From the NCBI GenBank assembly GCA_002715725.1, contig PAZU01000011.1:32963-74213 (forward strand): a DNA stretch of 41,251 bases, written 5' to 3'. The notes below the pieces were generated by a model. The model saw only the letters and a list, made by a program, of their open reading frames with translations, had not been told where the DNA came from and ran no database searches. Shown piece after piece: positions 1 to 8,324 of this stretch (position 1 is the stretch's first letter; each line of letters starts with the position of its first letter). Origin of the DNA: Methanobacteriota archaeon. GTDB lineage: Archaea > Thermoplasmatota > Poseidoniia > Poseidoniales > Poseidoniaceae. The translations under genes and the position numbers were made by a program.

Positions 1-875
1 ACAGTTTTAGTAATCCGATTTGATTCCTTGAAAGCGGCGTGCTTCGCACCACTAATTGTACCTCCTTCACCCAATGCTAGCCAAGCAGCCATAGGAGTGA
101 TCAAATCATTTGAATCACGTAGGATAGTGTTCTCAAGGTCATGCCCAATAAGATCCACAGAATCCGGTTTATTCTCAACTTTAATTCCTGCTAATTTTGC
201 AAAAGCCATCATCGAAGCATCAGAAGGTATGACTACATCTGGGCATTTCACACTCCATGGAATCCCAGGCTTTTTTGCACCTGTTTGCTGGCACAAATCC
301 CAAGTTAATTTCGAATGCTTTCGGGACACTGCTTCTCCATTTGTTTCAATAGAGAAGCCCTTGGTTCGCGGAGTCATTAACATTAATGCAGAGTGGAATT
401 GTGAGGTTTTTGAAACATCGATAGTTACAGAATTAGCATCAAATGGCCCGTTTAAATTTAGAGGATACTCAGATTCATTCGAAGCAATCTTAGCACTTAT
501 TCCTAAAGATTTTACCAAATGTAAGGAACTCCTTGCTCGTAGGCTTGCATCACCATCGATAGTTACTGGGAAATCACATGTTGCTGCTTGAGCGATCAAA
601 AATCTAAGTGCTGTTCCACTATTTTTACAATCTAGAGTTTTACTTGAAGGTTTGAAATCACCTCCTGTCATAAATTGCCCATCCCAAGTAATTCCCAATT
701 GAACTAAACAATCAATCATGGCTTGGACGTCTTCCCCAATCTCCCACATTTCAATCTTAGTTGGTGATTTATCCATACTTGCTAGGGTTAACCAGCGCAT
801 TGAATGGCTCTTCGAAGGAGGTAATTTTAGTGAACCTGAGAGAGTGCTTGGCTCTATTTCAAGCACATTTCCCAT
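1..875 (-). CDS. aroA: 3-phosphoshikimate 1-carboxyvinyltransferase (EPSP synthase), 3' end runs off the window
   Basis: Not in the ORF track. Manual minus-strand translation from ATG 875 gives MGNVLEIEPSTLSGSLKLPPSKSHSMRWL...DCKNSGTALRFL...DGDASLRAR...SKTSQFHSALML, matching AroA motifs PxSKS, NSGT.xRF, GD.SL..R and SSQF.SALL. Alternative in-frame ATGs at 902 and 917. Confidence 0.92.
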   Translation of the reverse strand, partial: MGNVLEIEPSTLSGSLKLPPSKSHSMRWLTLASMDKSPTKIEMWEIGEDVQAMIDCLVQLGITWDGQFMTGGDFKPSSKTLDCKNSGTALRFLIAQAATCDFPVTIDGDASLRARSSLHLVKSLGISAKIASNESEYPLNLNGPFDANSVTIDVSKTSQFHSALMLMTPRTKGFSIETNGEAVSRKHSKLTWDLCQQTGAKKPGIPWSVKCPDVVIPSDASMMAFAKLAGIKVENKPDSVDLIGHDLENTILRDSNDLITPMAAWLALGEGGTISGAKHAAFKESNRITKT

Positions 876-993
876 ACCGTGTTTAGCGGTAGTACCAGGC
901 ATTGTCACCCCTCCCATGTACTCAGCCAAGGGGCATTAGGAGAAGAAGGCATCCAATGCACATATTGAAGTGCGTCTTTCTGTAGCGTATGAC

Positions 994-1962
994 ATGGTCA
1001 CCGATTTGCTAAATCGCCCTTTGCGTGACCTGAGAATCTCTCTGACCGATCGTTGCAATATGAGATGCAGATACTGCATGCCTAGAGAGCATTTTGATTC
1101 TCATGAATTCCTAGCAAAGAAGGAAATCCTATCTTATGAAGAGCTGACTACCATCGTAGAATCACTTGTCCCATTGGGTTTGACCAAGGTACGATTAACT
1201 GGCGGTGAGCCCTTGTTGCGAAGGGATGTCTGTTCTTTCATCGAAATGTTACCTAAAGAATTAGATTTGGCGATGACGACGAATGGAATCCTACTAGAAA
1301 AGTTCGCTAAAGACCTCGCTGCTGCTGGATTGAATAGGGTGACTGTTTCTCTAGATGCTCTTGATGTGGAAACATTCCAAGCCATGGGAGACACCAATGA
1401 AACACCAGAAACCGTACTTCGAGGGATAGAAGCTGCGCGAATGGCAGGGCTAACCGTGAAAGTGAACACCGTTATTCGAGCAGGTTACAATGAACATTCT
1501 GTTGAAAGGGTTGCAGAACGATTTGTGGGAACAGAAGTTGTTGTGCGGTACATCGAATTCATGGATGTTGGCGAAACAAATTCATGGGTCACAGATGAAG
1601 TGATTACAGGGGAAATGATGCGCAAGATGTTAGAAAATCTACAGCCAATAAAACCTAATCACATCGGAGAAGTTGCCAACCGATACAAGAGAGGTAGTCA
1701 AGAAATTGGTTTCATCGAGAGTGTGTCAAAGCCATTCTGTGGAGATTGTAATCGTGCTAGAATCAGTGCTGATGGTTCTCTTTACACATGTTTATTCGCA
1801 TCTAAAGGAAACGACCTGAAATCCTTGCTAAGAATGGATGCTACAAAGGAACAAATCGCCGAAGCAGTTAGGAGTATTTGGTCGCAAAGAGACGATGCTT
1901 ATTCTCAAAACCGCGGAGAATCGGTAAAGGAAAAGGTCGAGATGTCTTTTATCGGTGGTTAA
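994..1962 (+). CDS. moaA: GTP 3',8-cyclase (molybdenum cofactor biosynthesis radical SAM protein)
   Basis: LRISLTDRCNMRCRYC (CX3CX2C), RLTGGEPLLR, second cluster FCGDCNR...LYTC, C-terminal MSFIGG. ATG 994 preferred over GTG 970. Confidence 0.96.
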   Translation: MVTDLLNRPLRDLRISLTDRCNMRCRYCMPREHFDSHEFLAKKEILSYEELTTIVESLVPLGLTKVRLTGGEPLLRRDVCSFIEMLPKELDLAMTTNGILLEKFAKDLAAAGLNRVTVSLDALDVETFQAMGDTNETPETVLRGIEAARMAGLTVKVNTVIRAGYNEHSVERVAERFVGTEVVVRYIEFMDVGETNSWVTDEVITGEMMRKMLENLQPIKPNHIGEVANRYKRGSQEIGFIESVSKPFCGDCNRARISADGSLYTCLFASKGNDLKSLLRMDATKEQIAEAVRSIWSQRDDAYSQNRGESVKEKVEMSFIGG

Positions 1963-2438
1963 TCAGAGGTTGGCAACTTTATTTTTGCTAGAACTGTATT
2001 GCTCCCTTTATCCACCAACTGGAAAATATGGTTTCCAGAATCACATTCGATTTCTTTACAATTGATGACAAAATAATCTCCTTTAGTGATTGACCACCCT
2101 GCATCACGGTCATGGAATGAAACATTTGAGCCTACAGTACCATACACATCTGCATCATCTACGAAACCATAGTGCTCTTTGATACTCTGACCAGTTTGAT
2201 TGACTAAAGCCCATTCAACTTTTGACGGGTCGAGGGATTGATCTATGCTAGTAATCGAGACTACATGGTAACCATTTGATAGTGCTCTTACAGACACCGA
2301 TGCTTTTGGGTCGGCCTTTTCTACAGTATCTAGTGTAGTCGACATCATCACGAAGACCATGCTTGAGAGCAGAACTGTAATTGCCAGTAAAAGCACAGTA
2401 GCGATGACTGGGCTTACCGCTTGGTCATCTCGGTGCAT
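1959..2438 (-). CDS. Archaeal type IV pilin-like protein (class III signal peptide)
   Basis: N-terminus MHRDDQA|VSPVIATVLLLAITVLL fits the archaeal Pilin_N pattern (A/G-VSPVIA.ILL.AITV). GAGGGG SD-like sequence upstream of ATG 2438. Confidence 0.88.
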   Translation of the reverse strand: MHRDDQAVSPVIATVLLLAITVLLSSMVFVMMSTTLDTVEKADPKASVSVRALSNGYHVVSITSIDQSLDPSKVEWALVNQTGQSIKEHYGFVDDADVYGTVGSNVSFHDRDAGWSITKGDYFVINCKEIECDSGNHIFQLVDKGSNTVLAKIKLPTSD

Positions 2439-2520
2439 GACAGCCCCTCGCATACAAATCACTTGAATCAACCGCTTACATTTTAGGGATTTGATTGAAT
2501 TTGAACGGTCTAGACTTTTT

Positions 2521-3621
2521 TCAGATTACCCAAAACATACGCCTACAGGTAACTGCTCTCCAAATAATAGCCTTAGTTAATCGATTAAACATCATATTCA
2601 AAATCCAATCAGGTAATCTGAAAATCATACTTCCAATTTTGAATGAGCGCTTGGAATTACGCATCACTTTACCCATTTGCTTCTTCCATCTCTTTTCATA
2701 TTCTTCTAGTGGTAATCCTGAATTGAGATGTTCTGCAACTACTTGTCCGGCAATTCTGCCTCCAATCATAGCAATCGTGATTCCTGCACCGTTTGAGGGT
2801 AGTACCATTCCAGCAGCATCTCCAACGAGAACATAATTTCCCTTTACGAATTTCTTGATCGTTCCGGACATTGGAAGTGAACCCGCACCAGTGAAGGTGA
2901 TTTCTCCTTCGTATTTTGAAATGAAATCTTCAGTGTATTGATTCAAACTGCGCCCTTTGGAAAAACTTCGCTGAATCCCCAATCCGATATTCGCACCGCT
3001 CGATTTAGGGAACATCCATGCATAGCCACCAGGAGCCATAGAGCCGAAATGAAGTTCTACAGCTTCACCAAAATCGCCTTCCATCAAAACAAATTTTACA
3101 GGAATTTTAGTTGATTTTTCAGTCCAATAATCTCTTCTTATTGGGCCATTATGACCTCCTGCATCTACGATTATTCTTGCAGAAATTGTACTTCCGCCTC
3201 GTAAAAGTACCGAGTTTCCTTCCACTTTTTCTACCCTAGACTCAACTAGATATTCCGCACCAGATTCTTTCGCTAAATCTACCAAGAATTCATCATGAGC
3301 AACTCGATTTAGTACATAGCCATCAAAATCGAATTTCAAAGGTTTACCTGAAGGTGGAACCAGGTGCATTTTTTTTGAATGGCGAGAAATTGCTGATTCA
3401 GGAGTACGAAACAAATCATCCATATCTGGGACATCCGGACATAATCTGCGCATCTCGTCATTTGTTGGAACTAATTCTCCACATTGAAGAGGAGAGCCGA
3501 TTGGGTCTCTGCGGTCTATCACCAATACATTAGCACCGCCCAATGCAGCATATCTGGCTACCGTGCTACCTGCAGGGCCACCGCCGATTACGATAACGTC
3601 ATGGTCGAACTTTTCTGACAA
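2521..3621 (-). CDS. Geranylgeranyl reductase family FAD oxidoreductase (digeranylgeranylglycerophospholipid reductase-like)
   Basis: DVIVIGGGPAGS FAD motif, CGE, PGGYAWMFPK, LVGDAAG..P..G.GI..A. TTG start with GAGGT upstream. Confidence 0.9.
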   Translation of the reverse strand: MSEKFDHDVIVIGGGPAGSTVARYAALGGANVLVIDRRDPIGSPLQCGELVPTNDEMRRLCPDVPDMDDLFRTPESAISRHSKKMHLVPPSGKPLKFDFDGYVLNRVAHDEFLVDLAKESGAEYLVESRVEKVEGNSVLLRGGSTISARIIVDAGGHNGPIRRDYWTEKSTKIPVKFVLMEGDFGEAVELHFGSMAPGGYAWMFPKSSGANIGLGIQRSFSKGRSLNQYTEDFISKYEGEITFTGAGSLPMSGTIKKFVKGNYVLVGDAAGMVLPSNGAGITIAMIGGRIAGQVVAEHLNSGLPLEEYEKRWKKQMGKVMRNSKRSFKIGSMIFRLPDWILNMMFNRLTKAIIWRAVTCRRMFWVI

Positions 3622-3630
3622 TCCAAAACC

Positions 3631-4605
3631 TCACTTGTGTCGATTCTTAATCAACCCTACTAGATGTTTAAGCAATTGCTTTGCATCACAATCTGGGAAG
3701 AAATCTAGATTTTGCATTGCTCTTTCCAAATGATTTTGAATCAGAATCTCTGTATAACTTAGACTGTCTCCAAAATTAAGAAGTGAGATTAATTCATCAA
3801 ATAATGCATCTTCAAAATTGTGAAGTATTTCAGCAAGTCGCACTCTTTGATTTCCATGAAGAATAGTCAGAGCGTGAATAATTGGCAACGTCATTTTCCC
3901 CTCGTAGATATCCGAACCTCGAGGTTTACCCATCCTTTCATCGCCCCTGATATCTAACAAATCATCTACCAATTGGAAAGCGATTCCAATTTGCATACCG
4001 AACTCGAATAATTTCTCGCATGCTTCCTCACTAGCATTAGCGATTAAGCCGGCCCCTTTGCATCCTGCTGCAAACGGCCCTGCAGTCTTTCCTCTAACAA
4101 TTTCAAGATAGTCCTCGGGACTGGTCGAAAGATCAAGGATATGGTCGATTTGAGTGAATTCTGCACTAGCCAATTTTGAGCAATAATGCGCCATCACATC
4201 AACAACGGATTTGTCGTACCTGCCGCCCAATCCAAAACCTTGAGAAAATAACCAATCTCCGGCGATAATCGCTTTCGCCTGTCCGTATTTTGCATGAATT
4301 GTGGTTTGGCCTCTACGAGTTAATGACTCATCATTAATGTCATCGTGGACTAAACTTGCTGTGTGAATAAATTCATTGGACATTGCAAAGGGAATAACTT
4401 CGTCAAAATCATCTCCATCTGCCAAATCATATGCCAGCATTACCATGATTGGTCTGATTCTTTTACCGCCAGCTAGAACTACTTGCCCTGAAACTTCAGC
4501 TACTTCGCCAAAAGTAGAAGACTGCTCAGCAATAATGGACTCGAGATTGGCATTAACCAAATCTCGCATCTCGTCAATTCTGTCGAGTGCCTCATTGTCC
4601 TCCAT
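3631..4605 (-). CDS. Trans-polyprenyl diphosphate synthase
   Basis: GGKRIRP, FARM HTASLVHDDIND..RRG, GKT, SARM FQLVDDLLD, GK.TLP. ATG 4605 preceded by GGGAGG. Confidence 0.93.
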   Translation of the reverse strand: MEDNEALDRIDEMRDLVNANLESIIAEQSSTFGEVAEVSGQVVLAGGKRIRPIMVMLAYDLADGDDFDEVIPFAMSNEFIHTASLVHDDINDESLTRRGQTTIHAKYGQAKAIIAGDWLFSQGFGLGGRYDKSVVDVMAHYCSKLASAEFTQIDHILDLSTSPEDYLEIVRGKTAGPFAAGCKGAGLIANASEEACEKLFEFGMQIGIAFQLVDDLLDIRGDERMGKPRGSDIYEGKMTLPIIHALTILHGNQRVRLAEILHNFEDALFDELISLLNFGDSLSYTEILIQNHLERAMQNLDFFPDCDAKQLLKHLVGLIKNRHK

Positions 4606-4685
4606 GGAACCTCCCACAAGGGTCGCCTTCTTAACGAGTGGCGGACGCCCCACGGTTGCCGGTAACCGCCGGCCGAGGTGATTGA

Positions 4686-5825
4686 ATGAGTGGAGAAGAC
4701 CGCTTTGAGATACTAATTTGTCCCGAGAGAGGAGACGGAGTTGGCACTCATTCCCAGAAATTCATCGATAGTTCACCTGATGGATTAGATTTGGTTGCTA
4801 AGCAGGTCCCTCACATCGAGACAGCAATAGATTTGTTACTCGATGGACATGGGGACATAGTTCCCGTCTCTGGAGAGTGGTGGTATGAAAATAGAATCAA
4901 AGAACTCTCAGCAGGTTTAGTTTTACCAAGAAGAGAACCCACCAGGGTTTTGGTTTCTGAAGATAAACCCGAGTACATCCCTAAGAATGGAGTAATTATT
5001 GCAGATTGTGAAATCTTGAAAAGGCAAATGAAGCGCTCAAGAAAGGACCTAAATGTCCAGTTAGCTGAGGATTTGGAAGACATACCAAGTGATGTTTTCG
5101 AGAGGGTAGAATGGTTAGAAAACAAGAGAGAAAATGGAGAAATAGATGGATTCATTACTTCTAGAACGCTTCATTCATCACTACCTTCTAAACCGAGGAG
5201 GCATACTTTAGGAATGCAGAGGCAAGATGATGTAAGATCTAGATTCATCCCTGTTCCTCTCGAAGGATACACTATATTCCTGACTAGGAAAGATTTCCCT
5301 GCTTCTCGTTTCTCTAAAGTTATCGATGCTGGAGCAGCACTTGCTTTCAGACTGGAGTTAACAGTTTTAGACAGTATTGAAGAAAATCTCCGAGACAAAA
5401 TAGGTTTGATTATTGAGCAGCGAAAGGTTCGAACAATTTTACAAGATGTTGGAAACAGAGGAAAATCTCTAGGCTCTGAGAATCCACTAAAAGAATGGAA
5501 AACATTCTCTGGAGGAGATGAGCATCAAGGACCAAAAGATTCTGAACCAAGAATTGATATTATTCTGGAAACCATCAATAGAGACGGTAGTGTTACAACT
5601 GGCGTCGAGAGAATTTTCCCGATCGAAGAAAGCCATTCTGGCACTCAAAACCTTGTATTCAATTGGCAACAAGTTTTGAAGATTGCAAAGGAGACCCCTG
5701 AAGAGGAGAAGCGGGGGAGAATGAAACAATTGATGGACGAATACATCGATGAAATGGTAATGAGTGGCCGATTATCCGAAGATAGAATCTATGCTCCACT
5801 GTTCAAGGAAGAAGACCACAACTAA
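4686..5825 (+). CDS. Divergent porphobilinogen deaminase (HemC)-like protein, catalytic residues apparently absent
   Basis: Collinear HemC-like segments LLLDGHGDIVPVS, LPRREPTRVLVS, KRQMKRSRKDL, GEIDGFI, FIPVPLEG, RLELTVL. GAGGTG SD upstream. Confidence 0.6.
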   Translation: MSGEDRFEILICPERGDGVGTHSQKFIDSSPDGLDLVAKQVPHIETAIDLLLDGHGDIVPVSGEWWYENRIKELSAGLVLPRREPTRVLVSEDKPEYIPKNGVIIADCEILKRQMKRSRKDLNVQLAEDLEDIPSDVFERVEWLENKRENGEIDGFITSRTLHSSLPSKPRRHTLGMQRQDDVRSRFIPVPLEGYTIFLTRKDFPASRFSKVIDAGAALAFRLELTVLDSIEENLRDKIGLIIEQRKVRTILQDVGNRGKSLGSENPLKEWKTFSGGDEHQGPKDSEPRIDIILETINRDGSVTTGVERIFPIEESHSGTQNLVFNWQQVLKIAKETPEEEKRGRMKQLMDEYIDEMVMSGRLSEDRIYAPLFKEEDHN

Positions 5826-6451
5826 TCTTCGGGACTTTCTTCGCCAGCCAACTCTCTAATTTTTGCTCGGCATTTTTCGATATTTTCCGGGGCTCTGTCA
5901 TCGCCTGCTAGAATCAAATCATATCCATTGTTGCTCAACTCTCTTTGAAGTTCAATCATCTCGATAGGAGCATTTGCATCAACAACATCCGCAATCGATT
6001 CATCAATTTCTCGAGCAGATGCTTCCCATGAACCTGAAAGTTTCAACAAATCTTTCGTCATTCTTTCAATTATGTCGACTGCAGATGGTGGCCGGGCTAA
6101 AGCACCTTGAATTCGGTTTACTGCATCGAGGTGCAGAGCCTTTAATTCTCCTAAACGGTTTGCTGCGCCGATGATTTGGGTGACCATTAGTTCCCTATCT
6201 CCATATTTGACAAGTTTTTTCTTAGCTTTCTGCAAATCACGCTTAACTTCTGACGAACCTGCAATAATTGCATCTTGGATACTCGCAACCTCATTCAGAA
6301 TTGATTGAATTGATTCAACTCTATCTCCCATTTCTTCTTCGAGTCGAACTTCTTCTCTGCGAAGATCGTGCCTCACCGTAGTGATTATTCCAGATGCTAA
6401 TGCAGTGGCCTCCTTTAGAGAGGTTTTGGCAGCTCTTTCATAGCGCCCCAT
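5822..6451 (-). CDS. Hypothetical all-alpha / coiled-coil protein (209 aa)
   Basis: Long ORF with heptad-like helical composition. Its stop overlaps the stop of the convergent gene. Confidence 0.75.
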   Translation of the reverse strand: MGRYERAAKTSLKEATALASGIITTVRHDLRREEVRLEEEMGDRVESIQSILNEVASIQDAIIAGSSEVKRDLQKAKKKLVKYGDRELMVTQIIGAANRLGELKALHLDAVNRIQGALARPPSAVDIIERMTKDLLKLSGSWEASAREIDESIADVVDANAPIEMIELQRELSNNGYDLILAGDDRAPENIEKCRAKIRELAGEESPED

Positions 6452-6635
6452 TGCTCGCCCTCAGATGTTGTCAACCACAGCACCGTTTGAAGGTGTTGTT
6501 TTTTGGGGGAGTGAAATTTTGGCCCCATAGGGGCCTAGAGGTTGAAAATACCCCTCAGAATGTACCTGTTCAGCATCTGAATGAGGTGTAACCTCAAATA
6601 TGGAGAGGAATGGAGGGACGATTAGAGGTATGCGA

Positions 6636-8324
6636 ATGGATGAGAAGCAAACTCTACTTTCTGAACTCCATCAGGCGAGATTAGACCGCCTGAAAGAAAT
6701 TTGTGCCCAGCATGGAATTTCAAAAAATGGTTCTGTAGAAGTTCTACGTGCTAAACTAATCGCAGAACTTGTCCTAGACGAATGGGATTTCTCACCAGAG
6801 GGTATCAGTTCGATTTTGAATAATGACCTAGGAGATGTCTTGGCAGTATTTGGAGTGAAAAAATCTGGTTCCATAAGAGAGAGGAGGCAGCGTCTTTTCC
6901 TACATCTAAACCATGATGCAAAGCAGTTGACCCCAGAGAAACTTGATTCACTATCTCGTGACCGATTGCACGAATTATGCTCGAAACTTGATTTGCCAAG
7001 ATCCGGTGCTAAGCAGGCACTTCTAATGCGAGTTGCAGGCGTACTTACTTCTCAGTCCGGTTCTTGGGGCGTAATTAAAAAGAGCCTAAGAAGGCCGCGT
7101 GGTGCACCGAAAAAGATTGCAATTCCTTCACCGTCTGAAGAATTTGAGTCTCACTCTGTAATCGCTAAACCTATTGCAGTCAATGAAACTGTAGTAGAAG
7201 AAATTATTGAAACTCCAGTAATTGAACCTGAACCAGTTGAGATACACAACGAAGTAGAAATCATTGAGATTAGGCCTCAAACCATTGTAGAGCCAACTCC
7301 AACTCCTCCGGTCGTAGAATTGACGGCCAGTGTTATTGAAATCGAAGGACGTAGTGCTGAAATCGATGCATTATGCAGAGATTTCCTACTGGTCGGTTCA
7401 GTAAATGATGATGAAGATGTAAATGCCTTCGTCTCTAGTTTATCTGAACACGGATTTGCATTAAGTGACACTAATGCTGTGGATTATGTTAAATCGAGAT
7501 TATTCGCATTAGATGAAATGGCCAAAGCAGAAAAGAATGCAATGCATTCTATGCCTAACTCTTGGAGAGAAAGAGAAGCGTTGCGAAAATTCGAAGAAGC
7601 GAGAAATATCCTAAGAAATGCGTTACCTGAAATCATTTCTGAACACAATGGCGAGATGGTCAAGGCTAGAATGGCATTCGAAGACAAGGCTCGAGGTTTG
7701 AACCTAGATTTACGACTGCCATCAGTTTCGGGTAGAGTGCATGCACTATTCGACTTACAGATATCTTTGGATGAGGAAATTGCAGCTACAGACCCTAGAA
7801 CCGCTCGCAGAACTAGAGTCATTCGCCTTCTGCAACATGGGGCTATTCACTTGGGTGCAAATGAAAGAAGAACACTTGACAGGTTGGAAAGGAATATTGA
7901 TGGCTTCGAGCAACTAGTAGAGGCGATTCTTGAAAAATCTGAAGGAATCTATGGAGATGCACAACAAACTTTGGTGATCAGATTCCTCGAGAAAAAGGGA
8001 TATGAAGTCAATAATGCAGAATTACGACCTAGGGTTGTTGCAGCCGCAGGAGTCATCGGTGCTGAATTGGGACATATCGCTCCAAGTGAAATTCCAAGAT
8101 TGGCGCCAGGCATCAAAGTCAGTGACACTGAAGTTGATTCAATAATTACCGATTTGAAGAGATTGGCGCAACAGTTCAAAGCAACCGATGAAGAAGAGGA
8201 TGCTGATGAAGAGATTGAATTAGCAGAATCTGTTGCTGATGCTGCGCAAAGAGTAACATCCATGCGACAGAGAATCGATGGAGTGGATGATTTGCTTGCA
8301 AGATTGAAACTTTCTCACGATTAA
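6636..8324 (+). CDS. Protein with three N-terminal SAP/HeH-like motifs, a Pro/Glu-rich linker and a helical C-terminal region
   Basis: LDRLKEICAQHGISKNGSVEVLRAKL, NNDLGDVLAVFGVKKSGSIRERRQRL and RDRLHELCSKLDLPRSGAKQALLMRV resemble the SAP consensus L..LK..L...GL..SG.K..LI.RL. Start could be 6600, 6630 or 6636; GAGGT spacing favours 6636. Confidence 0.8.
   Translation: MDEKQTLLSELHQARLDRLKEICAQHGISKNGSVEVLRAKLIAELVLDEWDFSPEGISSILNNDLGDVLAVFGVKKSGSIRERRQRLFLHLNHDAKQLTPEKLDSLSRDRLHELCSKLDLPRSGAKQALLMRVAGVLTSQSGSWGVIKKSLRRPRGAPKKIAIPSPSEEFESHSVIAKPIAVNETVVEEIIETPVIEPEPVEIHNEVEIIEIRPQTIVEPTPTPPVVELTASVIEIEGRSAEIDALCRDFLLVGSVNDDEDVNAFVSSLSEHGFALSDTNAVDYVKSRLFALDEMAKAEKNAMHSMPNSWREREALRKFEEARNILRNALPEIISEHNGEMVKARMAFEDKARGLNLDLRLPSVSGRVHALFDLQISLDEEIAATDPRTARRTRVIRLLQHGAIHLGANERRTLDRLERNIDGFEQLVEAILEKSEGIYGDAQQTLVIRFLEKKGYEVNNAELRPRVVAAAGVIGAELGHIAPSEIPRLAPGIKVSDTEVDSIITDLKRLAQQFKATDEEEDADEEIELAESVADAAQRVTSMRQRIDGVDDLLARLKLSHD

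Noticed and set aside
28-939. Plus-strand ORFs 28..591 and 718..939
   Set aside because: Antisense shadows of aroA, which carries clear EPSP synthase motifs on the minus strand.
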